Part shown: positions 13,131-25,130 of the stretch, piece by piece
How positions within the stretch are numbered: the first letter of the stretch is position 1
How the letters are laid out: every line of letters starts with the position of its first letter
Source: Callorhinchus milii
Taxonomy: Eukaryota
Length of the DNA stretch: 64,000 nucleotides
Direction: 5' to 3'
Assembly (NCBI RefSeq): GCF_018977255.1
Contig: NW_024704742.1
Location: 44,766,001 to 44,830,000 of the forward strand
Notes under the pieces: model-generated
The model's database searches: none
Told to the model about the DNA's origin: nothing
The model's input: the letters and a program-made list of their open reading frames with translations, nothing else
Program-made: the position numbers and the translations under genes

Positions 13131-14306
13131 ATATGTGAAAGGGAGTTTCCAGCAATCAATAAGTATGGCGAATAATCACAAAAGAACCAGACAGTGTGTT
13201 GGATGGAAAAAATAACATTGAGAAAGTTTCTAAATGAAAGATTAGAAAGAGAGTTAAAAGAGAGAAGGAGGTAAGGAAAAGCAATTAGACAAATATAAAT
13301 CAATTTATCAAGATCACAAGGATGAAGAAGGGCCATTTGATCTTTCTGTGTCCTGTGAGTTAACCTTTAACTTTAACGAGAGTTCTGATTGTGAAATATC
13401 ATTAAGCTTTAATTTTTGACTTAATTATTGCTGACCTATTTATTGTGGTCTTTATGAAGCTAATGGAGTCTATGTGCAATCACTATTTAATTTGATTTAC
13501 ATGGAGCCTTAATGGTGAAACTCTCCAGTGATTTTACCTGCCTTGCTCATTTAAATCGAAAACAAAGGACAAATTTACGATTGTACCATTATTTCCTATC
13601 ACTGACTGGCAGAAGACAATATAACATTGAATTAAAAGGCTGAGTGGGTTTTAGAGTGCAACACTACTTAGTGGTATGTTTTCTTGTAAACTACGGAGCA
13701 ATTCATTTGATTCATATCGTTGTGGAGTTTGAAAATGAAACTGTAGCAGGTTTTGCCCACATCCTTATGGAATAAAATTGATGTGATTAAAATAGTAATA
13801 TTTGAATAAACCATTAGCCATAATTCCACTCCTTTAACTTAATGTATTCTTGAAATGGAAAAAAAAGTCATTTATATGAAATAAGTGCCCAAGTGTAAAT
13901 TTTATGTGAAAAGAGATGATGTGAATTAAAAGAGGATTGAGCTCCTTGATACAAAAAAACTCTGCTATTATAACTATAGTTTAGTAGTACAAAACTTAAT
14001 TTGGACAAACAGTGCTAGAATAAATTCAGATTGCAATTGATTTACTTTGCATTGTTTGTGGATGTATATAGTCTAATTGCAGTTTAATTGCAAAGTGAAC
14101 GTTAAACTTCAACATTTTTTTTAGAAAGTAATGAGGTGATCTACTGAACTACCTTGATATTTCTAACATTAATAAAAGTGTTGCTTGGACTGATTATTCT
14201 TTAATAATATGAAAATCCGAAAGGATTTGTGATGTGATTTCACCAAAGATTTACCAATTATATAATATTATCTACAAATAGTTAATTTACTTTTCATTAT
14301 TTGCAG

Positions 14307-14333
14307 AATAAATTTGCCCTGGAAGAGAGTCAG
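14307..14333 (+). other. Candidate 27-nt frame-preserving microexon
   Basis: 'ttaatttacttttcattatttgcag|AATAAATTTGCCCTGGAAGAGAGTCAG|gtatgt'; open as NKFALEESQ (phase 0) or INLPWKRV (phase 2); lies in non-repetitive DNA. Confidence 0.35.
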
Positions 14334-14989
14334 GTATGTTGGCAGCTTCACAAATCCCCTCATTCACAATAAAAACAATATATGATCAACCTGGTGATTA
14401 CTTAAATAAAGTCACAGAATTTGTTGAATATTGCAGATTTGAATTACATTGTTTGTTCAAATACAATACATTACTTGTGATCTTTTGAGTTACTTTGCAT
14501 TTGTTTGGCAATTCAAATATGAGCTACAAATGTGGATACTTGTTACTTCTTCTCCAATTCTGCTATTCAGGCAACAACAACAACAACAAAATTACATATA
14601 CATAGTGCCTTTCATGTCAGAAAGATATCCCAAGGCCCTGCTGATGTTCTGGTTCTTGCATTAGTTCTTGGATATTGTATCCATCTAGCCGATCCATCCA
14701 ATTTTGCTTGAATCATTTCTTGTGTTTATTTCTAAATCTAATAACCTCAACTCCTTTCAATACACAGGGGGATGTCCAATTCCTTTTCTAGAGTCTTGGT
14801 CCACCACACGGTTTGGCACTTTCTTCAGATTATTTACTATCACACTTTTTCCAAGAAGATATCTTCTGCATTTCTTGTTTTAATTATCTTTTCAATATTT
14901 TCACGATTCAAGCTACTTCTAGAATATTATACAGTGCAAAAGAACAACTTAAGATTTACAAACCCACACCAAGCTTCATGAGCCTACCA

Positions 14990-15482
14990 TCCTCACCTAA
15001 ATCCACCAGAGCCTAAATCCACCAGCTCCGCAATCAGCAGAGGATTGATTTTAAGATCCTCGTTCGCACTTTTAAAGCCCTCCATAGTCTTACCCCTCCC
15101 AACCTCTGCGACCTGGTAAAATGTTACCAACCTGCCCGGTCCCTCCGCTCGGCTGGCATTGGCCGGATCCATGTTCCCCGCACTGCCCACCCCACCATCG
15201 GCGATCGGGCCTTTAGCCTTTCTGCCCCCATACTCTGGAATTCCATCCTGGAGTCTCTTCAGCTCGCTCCCTCCCTTGCTGCCTTCAAGGCCCATCTCAA
15301 AACTTTCCTCTTTAACCATGTCATCGGTACCTTCAGTCATTCTTCCACTCCCAAACCCCTTGCCCTCCAACCCTCTTGATTCCAACCCCCAGCTTGGGTG
15401 CGAACCCTTGACTGCCCAAAAACTTGGCGTATCTTTCCAATGACAGGTGCTATATTCTAGAACTAGCAAGTTGTTGTTTTTG
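14990..15482 (+). mobile_element. L2 LINE 3' fragment
   Basis: 'cagaggattgattttaagatcctc', 'gggcctttagcctttctgcccccatactctggaattccatcc'; tail 'aagttgttgtt'. Confidence 0.85.
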
Positions 15483-15924
15483 TCATAATCATAATTGCTA
15501 GATTAGAAATTTCCCTTCAGTTTTACTGTTTAAAAGAGAAAATTTCCAACCTTTCTCATTGTTTTGTCACTTAAATACTAGAATTTGTCCAGTAAGTCTC
15601 CAAAGCAGATGCTTCCTTATCCTTATTGTTATTCACCTGCAAGCAATAGATGTTGACTCCCCAAAACCACATATATACGTCATACTGAGTGGCTTATTCC
15701 GTCCATTTTATATTAGATGCTCACAATAGCCCCTTTTCAACAATTATTATTATTGATTATTATTATTAAGAAGAATACTTGCATTCGATATAGCATTGTT
15801 CATATTGGAAGGACATCTCAAAGTGCTTCACAGGATTTACCATACAGTGTAGCGAATGCACCAGTACCACACACAGCTACAAAATGAATGATCACTTTTT
15901 TCTGTGGCCAGGACAACCGTGGTC

Positions 15925-17249
15925 ATCTTCGCGCAATCCTTTCCCTCCACACCCTACTCAAACCCCTCCCAACTGGTTTACGCTCTGCCCACAGTACAGA
16001 AACAGCGCTCATGAAGGTCACAAACGATATGCTCTCTATCTGTGACCAGGGCTCCCTTGTCTTCTCGTCCTCCTGGACCTCTCCGCCGCATTCGACAGTC
16101 GATCACGCCATCCTCCTCCACCTCTGTGGGACCATACTTTCTTGGTTCAAGTCCTACCTTACAGACCGCCAGCACTACATTTCTGCAAATGGCTTTTCTT
16201 CGCGCTTCCACACGGTCAGCTGTGGCGTACCCCAAGGATCCATCCTTGGCCTCCTTTTCTTCCTCATTTATATGCTCCCTTTTGGTGATGTCATCCGCAG
16301 ACACGGGGTTAACTTCCATATGTTTGCGGATGACACTTGTCTCTACTTTTCCACCTCGAGCTGTGACCCCAAGTCCCCTGATGTTCTGTCAGCTTGTCTG
16401 TCAAACATTTGGATCTGGATGAGCGCAAATTTCCTGCAGTTAAACATCAACAAGACAGAAGCTATACTCTTTGGCTCCCGCCAACGTCTTCTATACCACG
16501 GTTCTGACCTTCTCAACTTACCAGACCTGTCCTTAAAACTCTCTGGACCCGTGCACAACTTAGGCGTCAAGGTTTGAACCCCAGTTATCCTTCCTCCCCA
16601 CATCTGGTCCCTGACCAGCACCACTTTCTTCCACCTCCTCCACATTACCCGTCTCCAACAATACCTCACCCCAAAAGCTGCCAAAACCCTTGTCCATACC
16701 TTTGTCACCTCTCAGCTGGACTGCTCTAATACCCTTCTCGCTGGTCTCCCCTCCTCCACTATTCACAAAATTCAGCCCATTCAAAACTCCGCCGCCCGCA
16801 TTCTCACCTGCACCAAACTTCGTACCCTGATTACTCCAGTCCTTGCCAAACTCCACGGGTTCCCTGTCACAGAGTGGATCAACTTCAAGATCCTCACTCT
16901 TGTGTTTAAATCCTCTCCATTCCTATGCACCCCCCTATCTAACCCTCTCTCCCAACAGCAGTACCCACTGCATCCACTCTATTGGGTCTGGCCTCTTCCA
17001 CATCCCCTGAATCCTCTGCTCCACTATTGGCGGCCGTGCCTTCAGCCACTGCACCCCAAAACTTTGGAACTCCCTCCCTCAAACCATTCGCCTCAACCCC
17101 TACTTCCCCATCTTCAGGTCGCACATGAAGACCTTCCTTTCCTTCCTTCCTATGGTCACTTTCCCCCTCCTCCTGGTTCGGCCATTGTTAAGGGCTCTGA
17201 AATGTTGCCCAATGTGGATGGGGCTATATAAGTCCAAGTTGTTGTTGTT
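15925..17249 (+). mobile_element. 5'-truncated L2 LINE with RT domain
   Basis: ORF 15888-16577: HSTETALMKVTND, GVPQGSILG, FHMFADDT, NFLQLNINKTE; (GTT)n tail at about 17240. Confidence 0.95.
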
Positions 17250-19966
17250 AGAAATTATGACTTACAAATAATGGAGACAATATAAAAGTTGACGGATGGT
17301 ACCAAGTTAGGAATTATATAACAACAATAACAACAACAAGAGCATGCATTTATACACCACCCCTCATGCAGGATAGCATCCCAGAGTGCTTCAGACATCC
17401 AGCTGACCAAAACAGATATCCCATTCATTGATTAATAGGAAAACATGATTTGCATGAATGTGGTTGATTTCTTCCTGCACCCCAAAAAAAAGGCTTAAAC
17501 ATGATATTAAATATTCAATAGCACTCTCGCAGATATGTCTGACAAACATCTGAAATTTGAAGAAAGAGTCTTTTTAATATTACATCATTCTTCACTGTTT
17601 AGTCTGTGAGAGAGCAATTTAGTCCAGCAATATGAAGGATCTTGTCAGGTAAGTGAGTACAGCTTAGCCTGCTGGGGAAAGAAGAAGGCTTCTATGTATG
17701 CCACATCACACTGAGTTGAGCTTCAGGGTTTGCCATTTAATGTGAAGATGCTGAGCTATTACCTGGGTTTACTAAATCCAGGATTAGTTGTGAGTTAGCC
17801 ACTGCAGCTGTGTATGAATGCAGAAGTCTGTTTCAGTAATACCAGGGATACCACCACAGGGAAAAAAATAAACCACTATGGTCTTATAACACCTATAGGT
17901 TTACTGTTAATTCTCAACTGACTGAACATAGGAAGAAGATAATTATAATTATAACAAGAATGCCTTATTGTTCTTTAAATAAAACTTTTCATTGTTTTGC
18001 TATTGAATACTGACACAAGATTATATCAATACCACTAGAAAAAAAACAGATTACAGCTGGTTCCTAAATAAAACTGCTGGATGAAGATTGCAACAATTGA
18101 TGTCATCATTATTATTTTGTTGAAATTTGGCATAGAGTGGGGTGGTGGGGGGAGGGAATGGTGAGGAGAGATAAAGGCACAATATTCTCCTGAAACACAA
18201 GGCAGACAAAATATAAATGAATCAAAACGGGATCATGATTCTGCCTTATCTGGACAAATGGTAAATTACTTTTAATATGGGGTAATACAAAAACATTTTT
18301 GGAAGCCAATCTGTGCAAACAACTTCCCACAAGCAATGTTAACATGAAGACAGAAGGATGGACTTTGTCTTAGCTTCATAACGATAGTTTCCTAGCAGTA
18401 CTACTAACTAAATATTGTTTTGGTTCATAACCTTTTATTTTCAAAGGCTTGTACATTCTATAATTTTGTGGTCTATGAAATAGCTTCACATCTGCAGCTG
18501 TCACTTGGGACCGGTGAAGGATGAACACACACATGTTGTTTGCATAGAAACTGCAACTCTGATGTTCAGCTTCCAATAACCGTAAGAGATTTTGATACAA
18601 ATTCTACAAGACATTTTCTTTCAAGTTGGTTGGGTAAAAAGAGGGGAGAAAAGTTTCAATATTCACACTTGACTCTGCTTACATTTAACTGTATTACTGA
18701 GAATATTGAACACAAAAGAAAACAGGAGATGAATGCATTTTGCATCTAAAAGCAAAACAAGTGAGTTCTAAGCATTCTAGGATGGGTGGATGAATTCCAG
18801 AATACATAATGATAAAAGAGTCAATTCCTTCTTGCATGCTATAACAGATGTCTGAATGAAATATGATATGTGTGTTGAATAGAGATGGATGAAATGATAA
18901 GAGTCTGATGTTTAGTTTGGTTTTGATGGGAACAAATGCAAGATGATTGAACCCTGGACGGCAGCAAATCTACCATAAGTTAACTTTATTATGTTGACAC
19001 TAATGAGGAAAAGTAAAAAATTGGCAGGAGCAGATGTGTAGCAAAATGTACTTTATAGTAGAAATGAACTCCATGGCTGTCCAGTGGCTCAACTTCCTCT
19101 GCTTCGTTTGCTTTTAATATGACAGTTTCAACAGTTTCTATCTTTGGATTTTGCAGTGTTTGCATATAATACTTTCTGCCATTATTTCTTTTTGTACCTA
19201 GTTTTTCCTCACTGCTGTTACTATAGCTTATCAGAGTTATAATACTGTACTCCACACCAGGCTTTGTCAGAATCACACCCAGGTGGGTTTTTTTTGCCCA
19301 ATGTTTACGCAGTTCTCAAACCAGGACTTCTGTTGAAAGAGATTAAGACAGTCCACGTTTGGAGGCATTTTCTGGGTTGAGAGATCAAGGAGTTGCCTGA
19401 ATCAAAAGCCTATTGAAGTGGAGTCTAATACCAAAAGTAGTTAACCTTTAATTCACTGCCACAGCATCTGGAAAGGCTACTTATTTAATAATGAAGTAAG
19501 AATAAATTGATTTGGTACATGGTGCCCATTCTGAATTGATAAGACCATTTCTTTCAAATAATAATAATCCTTAGGTTTGACAGAGTACCATCCATGGCAT
19601 GAGGATGTCTCAATGTGTTTCACAGGATTTTACTGTGAAATGTAGTGCCTGTGTAGGCAAAATAGCATACTAATGAGGCTTCTTCCTTAATCTTCACTAC
19701 AAGCATTCAGGACCCAGACAAAAGTCAGATTTTCAATCTTTCTGTGCATCCCAAAGATATAATAATATTGTTTACTTAGACAATGGAGTCTAGAAAGTAT
19801 TTCTTAGCATCATTGCTATGTGGCTGTGGGTAGAAATGCTTCAGATATACAGACATTGGAAACCATGGAAACCCCTGTACATTAAGCAGCCGAATGAAAC
19901 ATTGACTCGTTCTGATATCTTATCGAAGCTAAACTACTATGATGCTAAATGGCATCGCATGCAAGG

Positions 19967-19998
<32 letters not shown>

Positions 19999-21196
19999 GT
20001 GGGGCTTTCCCTGCAGAAAACACTGTTTACATTGGATGTGCTTTGAATAAAAGGCAAATAGAAGTGTAACAAAATAGTTCTATAGATACAAAAACAAGTG
20101 TCCACAACGTAAGAAAATCACTTATATACGGACATTGTTCAGGTTATAAGGACATAGGTGTTGTATAAATTGCTAATGTAGCCTGTTTCAGATGCTAAAA
20201 AGTAATGAAGAATCTCCAGAGTTGTGATTATTACAGTTTAGTACATATCAACCAGGAAATAAGGCTTCTGACCCTGTAGGAAGGAAACTGTATGCTAATA
20301 TAAGATGATAATTGGAAATTTAAGAGCTATAGCTCCAAACAATTTAAGAGAGGCAGGAAGGCAACACTATTTGTCTTAGAAATTCTTCCCTCGCTCCCCA
20401 TCGACATCAACAAACAATACCATTAGGATCAATTATTTGTCTACTGTGTGTAGAACCTCCTGGAAGCTAGGAAACATTTCCGTGCTTTGAAACAAATAAT
20501 GAAGAAGTAAATAGCCTTCAATTGCTGGGCTCAAAAGATGTCTGTACACATAAAACAGGTATCATTCAAGCTCGTAAATATGTTGGTTGTAATCACTATC
20601 TTTGTATTTTCATCTCTGCCTGGATATGGGTGAGGCAATGCTACAGTTAATGAGTAAGATTGCTTGTGTACCAAAAGGAGTAAATGCTGTATTACTAAGA
20701 CAGACGATGTATTGTAGGAAAATTATTTATGTATAAGTATGTGTCATGTATGATATGATAGGACTGTGTTTCCCCTCGTTATCAGCTGGACCGGTGCATG
20801 AGATTTATTGTGCTTCCACAGCAGATTGTCTTAAGTGAAATGGATAGTTACCAGATTGTCCCCAATCTCTCTTAGTAGGCAATAGGGAAATTTTAAACAG
20901 AAAATGGATAGATTTTTGACAGTAAAGGGGACTTCAGAGGTATGTAAAATTGTGAGAAATGGAACTTTAAAATTAGACTTGTTTCACCCACAAAACATAG
21001 TCAATTCACTTTATACTATATTCTATAAAGCGCTTTGAGACATCTCCGAAGATGTGATAAAGTGCTATATCAAATACAATTATTATTATTATAAAACCTG
21101 ATTGTGGTCTTTTCTGGTCCTGCACATTCTGATGTTTTCTAAGTTTTCAAATAGTCACTTGATAAGATGCTTGTGTTACAATTTTGGGCTCACTTC

Positions 21197-22271
21197 TGTA
21201 AGAAAATAAAATCAGCCAAATCTGTAAGGAAATAACGCTAATTCCTTTAGCCAGATATCAGACTGTTTTATTATTATTCGTTCATTATTCCCCAATATCC
21301 CGATGGGTCAGACCAAAGGCCGGTACAATCAACAGATCTTATAACAGAATAACACCACTATAGATATCTCGAGTTCAAGAGTTCAACACTGTGTCTTTCC
21401 AGCACACAAGCTTGATTCTTCATGCTTTCAGTCTTCTTGCTTACAGCTTTCAATCTTCCATCTGATATCCTCAGTCTTAGTGTTTCCAGCTCTCAGTCTT
21501 CCATCTCCGTACCCTTGTCTCCGCAGTCTGGGATGGCCCCATCTCCCGTATCCTTGTCTCCGTGACCCGGGACGGCCCCATCTCCCGTATCCTTGTCTCC
21601 GTGACCCGGGACGGCCCCATCTCCCGTATCCTTGTCTCCGTGACCCGGGACGGCCCCGTACACAAAGTTATCGGAACTCTTATACCGATGTTCGTCCAAT
21701 CATGGTGCGGACATTAGATCACCTGTCGAAATCATGCCGGGTTCACGTGAACACTCATGGGGTGTACGTGCCTCACACACATACACATTATCCTTAAGAC
21801 CCCTGTTATCTGATCTAATTGTCTAAGATAGAGGATTGATCAGTTTAGGGCTGTATCTGGTGCTCATTAATTTGTGGTGTGGGATAATTAGTACATTCCT
21901 TTTAAGTGACTGGTTATTTCTTATCAGTATCCCGGGATGGTACCAAGGCCCTCTAATTTAAGCAACTTGCTCATTAATTGCTATTCTTGAGGGTTGCCTT
22001 CTGTCGCTTGGCCCTGTCAGAATCTAGTGACTTATTGCTAAGTCCAATCCTGTGTCGACCGGTACCTTGGACCGTTACCTCTGTGGCCTTGTTGTCATTT
22101 ACTGATAAGAGGTGACCCCCTGTCCCTGTCTGTTATTCTTTCAAAAACAGAGAAAACCAGATGTGTCCCATGACTGTCAGTCCAGTTGTCCCCCACACTT
22201 AACTTAAAAGTTAACCCATTCACAACATCTATTATAATTCTAGCAGTATACAAAAAGTGTATATTCTAACA
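21197..22271 (-). mobile_element. Solo LTR (ERV class I-like or Gypsy)
   Basis: Starts TGTAAGAAAATA and ends TATATTCTAACA (10/12 inverted match); flanked by CTTC at 21193-21196 and 22272-22275; minus-strand AATAAA at 21272-21267; two TATA candidates; CpG-rich relative to flanks. Confidence 0.8.
21501..21655. repeat. 39-bp tandem repeat x4 inside the LTR
   Basis: Unit ccatctcccgtatccttgtctccgtgacccgggacggcc; three identical copies (21539-21655) plus one diverged 38-bp copy (21501-21538). Confidence 0.95.
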
Positions 22272-24329
22272 CTTCCACCAACTCTTAATTATTTATTAGC
22301 TATAGCACAGTTCTTGAAAGAAAAATGCCTCCCTTGCAATATTGATCTAGCACCTTTTCTTCCAGTAGTCATTTAGGGATCCACCAATTGGTCATTTGAG
22401 CAGGTACACATTTTGCAACATTCATTCTAAGAGAAAGGTACTACATAAGTGCAAGTTATTGTTGTACCAGACCAAGTATAGTCTTCAATCTACACGACTA
22501 ATCTTTGTGACTTTTGTTGCTAACTAGATGGCTTCCCCTGCTTATACATGCCTAATTTCAGCTGTCAAGTCACCACTGATGTCACTTCCCAAGAGATGTG
22601 CACATGCACACTATGTGCAGGTAGCATTGCTAATGTCACTTCCTCTGTACTGTGCAGGAAACATCACTGATGTCACTTCACAAAGGAAAGTGCAGAAAGA
22701 GACATGAGCAGGAATGTAATGATATGATTGACAGACATTTTTCACATGTAACAAAACCTCTAAGATAGTGGACCATGAGCGCTGCATAATAATGGAATTG
22801 CCCTGTATTGCCAACAGAACATATATTTATTGATTGAATATACTTATACTTAATAATGTTATGTCTTGGTGGTTCTCTTCAGATGAGGAAAGACTCGCCA
22901 AGCAATTTTGAAACCCTAGGTTTCATACCAAGTGATTTCTGCTGTTGAGTCAATTTGTTGGAAAACAACTTCAGAATTAAAGAATCAGATTCCTGAAGTG
23001 AGCTGAGCTTTCCTGAAGCATGTTAATTTAGATGAAACATTTCATATTTTTATAGCACATGTAATGTTGAAATACTGGAAGTACTTTACTGTTATGTGTA
23101 GTTATTGTTTTAGTCAGCTATTACATTGTATACTATAGAGAACACTGGAATCTTTATGTTTGAGTATAACATCCTTTGGAAGTGTGAAATGAAGTTGGCT
23201 AGTATAAGAAAATAACACATATTTGACCCCATTGTTTGTATAATTTTCTGTTAGTATTTTAAAAAGAGCTAAACACTCAGCAATTTAAAACCGATTTATT
23301 TATGGCCATATTGTGGTCACTCTGTTGTGTTGCAATAATTTTGTCCTGTTAGTACCAGCTCAGAACTAAACTTTTAAGCAAAATGTTCACAGATCTTAAA
23401 CATATTTGGAAACAGGAATGTTGTCTGCTTTAATTGGATCTTTCTTGTACTTATTGAGATTAATTGGTGTTTTCATGGCAGGTTTTTGAAGCCTTTTTTG
23501 GCAATATTGCTTCCTATGTCAGAAACTACATATAGTGATCACCATCCACAACAGGCAACTCCTGTCTTCAGGTGTCACTTGACTGTCAGAATGATTCCTG
23601 ACTTCCAGAAAACCATCCCTGCCTCTTATCATGTCTTATAGCACCTGTGATGTTAAAAACTTGTCTAATAGAAAGGGTAAGATACAAGCCTAACTAACTA
23701 GGAGAAAATAGAAACAGTCCTTGCTCACCTTACTCATAGCAGTCATAGTCCAAGGATTTTGTTTGCTATGGACTTGTCATGAACAAGTTACTGTTAAAGA
23801 TTCTTATCAGTTAATCAGAACCCTTCAGCAAAGCTCAACAGTGTAGTGAAAATCTATTTTTAACATTTTTGAAATATCACATTAAACAACCTTATAGGCT
23901 CACAGAAACTGTGTGTGAGTGAGCAATTCTTACATTTTCAGTATTTCTGTGTCTCAAACCAGTCAAACCATCTGTCCTATTTCGAATGCACTTGGCTCAG
24001 GGACATCAAGTTGTATTTCACTGTAAGTGACTCTTTGAAATATCCTGAACAGATTGCCCAATTTGATTACTAGTCCTCTGGGTATGAGCTCACTTATCAT
24101 CAAATCTTGTATTCTGATGCGATGAACTGTGTTGCCTATTTTTCTCCATATGTTGCTACAGCACAGTAAGAGGTTTGAGTTCATGTCATGGCAATGCTAT
24201 ATATCAAATGGTGTTGTGCTTTTTATGTTCCTTTTGGATATGCTTCAGCTGCTTGATAAAACCATCATGATGGCAATCTCAAATCTGTTGCTATATAATG
24301 CTTGATCACTATATTATTTATATATATGA

Positions 24330-24500
24330 CCCATCTCAAGACCTTCCTCCTTGACCATGCTTTCAATCACCCTAATTCCCCCCCTACCCTCCACCCTCCC
24401 CAATCCCAACCCCCACTCGATCCGAAACTCTGTCTGTCCAGCGCCTTAGGATGTCCTCCCGATGTGAAAGGCGCTGTACAAATGTAATTTTGTTGTTGTT
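24330..24500 (+). mobile_element. L2 3'UTR and tail fragment
   Basis: 'catctcaagaccttcctccttgaccatgc...gcgccttaggatgtcctcccgatgtgaaaggcgctgtacaaatgtaattttgttgttgtt'. Confidence 0.88.
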
Positions 24501-24504
24501 TGAA

Positions 24505-25130
24505 TGAACAAGACCATTCGGCCCATTTGATTTCATCCTTTCAGAATACTCACCTTAACATCCTCCAATAACTGTAACCAGCAGGAGCCCTCAACTACGC
24601 TTCATAGAAACCTGTTCTAATCGTAGCAAAAAAATAATTCCTGGTATTTGTCCTGAAATTGCCCTTTACAACTTTAAATCTATGTCCTCTTGTTCTGCAT
24701 TCTCAGTTTATATGAAATTTACTTTTACAATCCCATTTAAAATGTTATATACTTCCTTTACACTGCAGTGACCAGAACTGTATGCAGTATTCTAGGTGTA
24801 TTCTGATCAGAACCCTACAAAGCTTGAATAGGACTTCTGGAGGATCAAAACAATTAATTTGGCTGATTCCTATTTGTCTTGTTTATTGTTGCCTCACATT
24901 GTTTTGGTATAGTGAGCGATAAGCTAACCTACACCGTAGATCTCTTTCAGCTTCCCCCTTAGCAAAATCTATCCTATTGATGGTGTATACGTGCCTTCTA
25001 TTTTTACTTCTTATATGCAGTACCACACATTTATTTGTGTGAATTTAATTTGCCAGTTATCAACTACTTGCATACTCTACCAAGCTCTCTTTTGCTGCAT
25101 GCTCTAATTCCCCAGATTCCCCCCAATTTA
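24505..25130 (-). mobile_element. Decayed CR1 LINE fragment
   Basis: 'gaccattcggcccatt', 'actttaaatctatgtcctcttgttct', 'gaccagaactgtatgcagtattctaggtg' (reverse of HLEYCIQFWS). Confidence 0.65.

Noticed and set aside
18989..19276. 95-aa ORF and similar short ORFs (12666-13175, 45351-45638, 47283-47567, 62381-62896)
   Set aside because: No recognisable domain or supporting splice structure; lengths are compatible with chance
21477..21797. Repetitive peptides such as (GPSRVTETRIREM)n
   Set aside because: Artefact of the 39-bp LTR repeat, which is open in several frames
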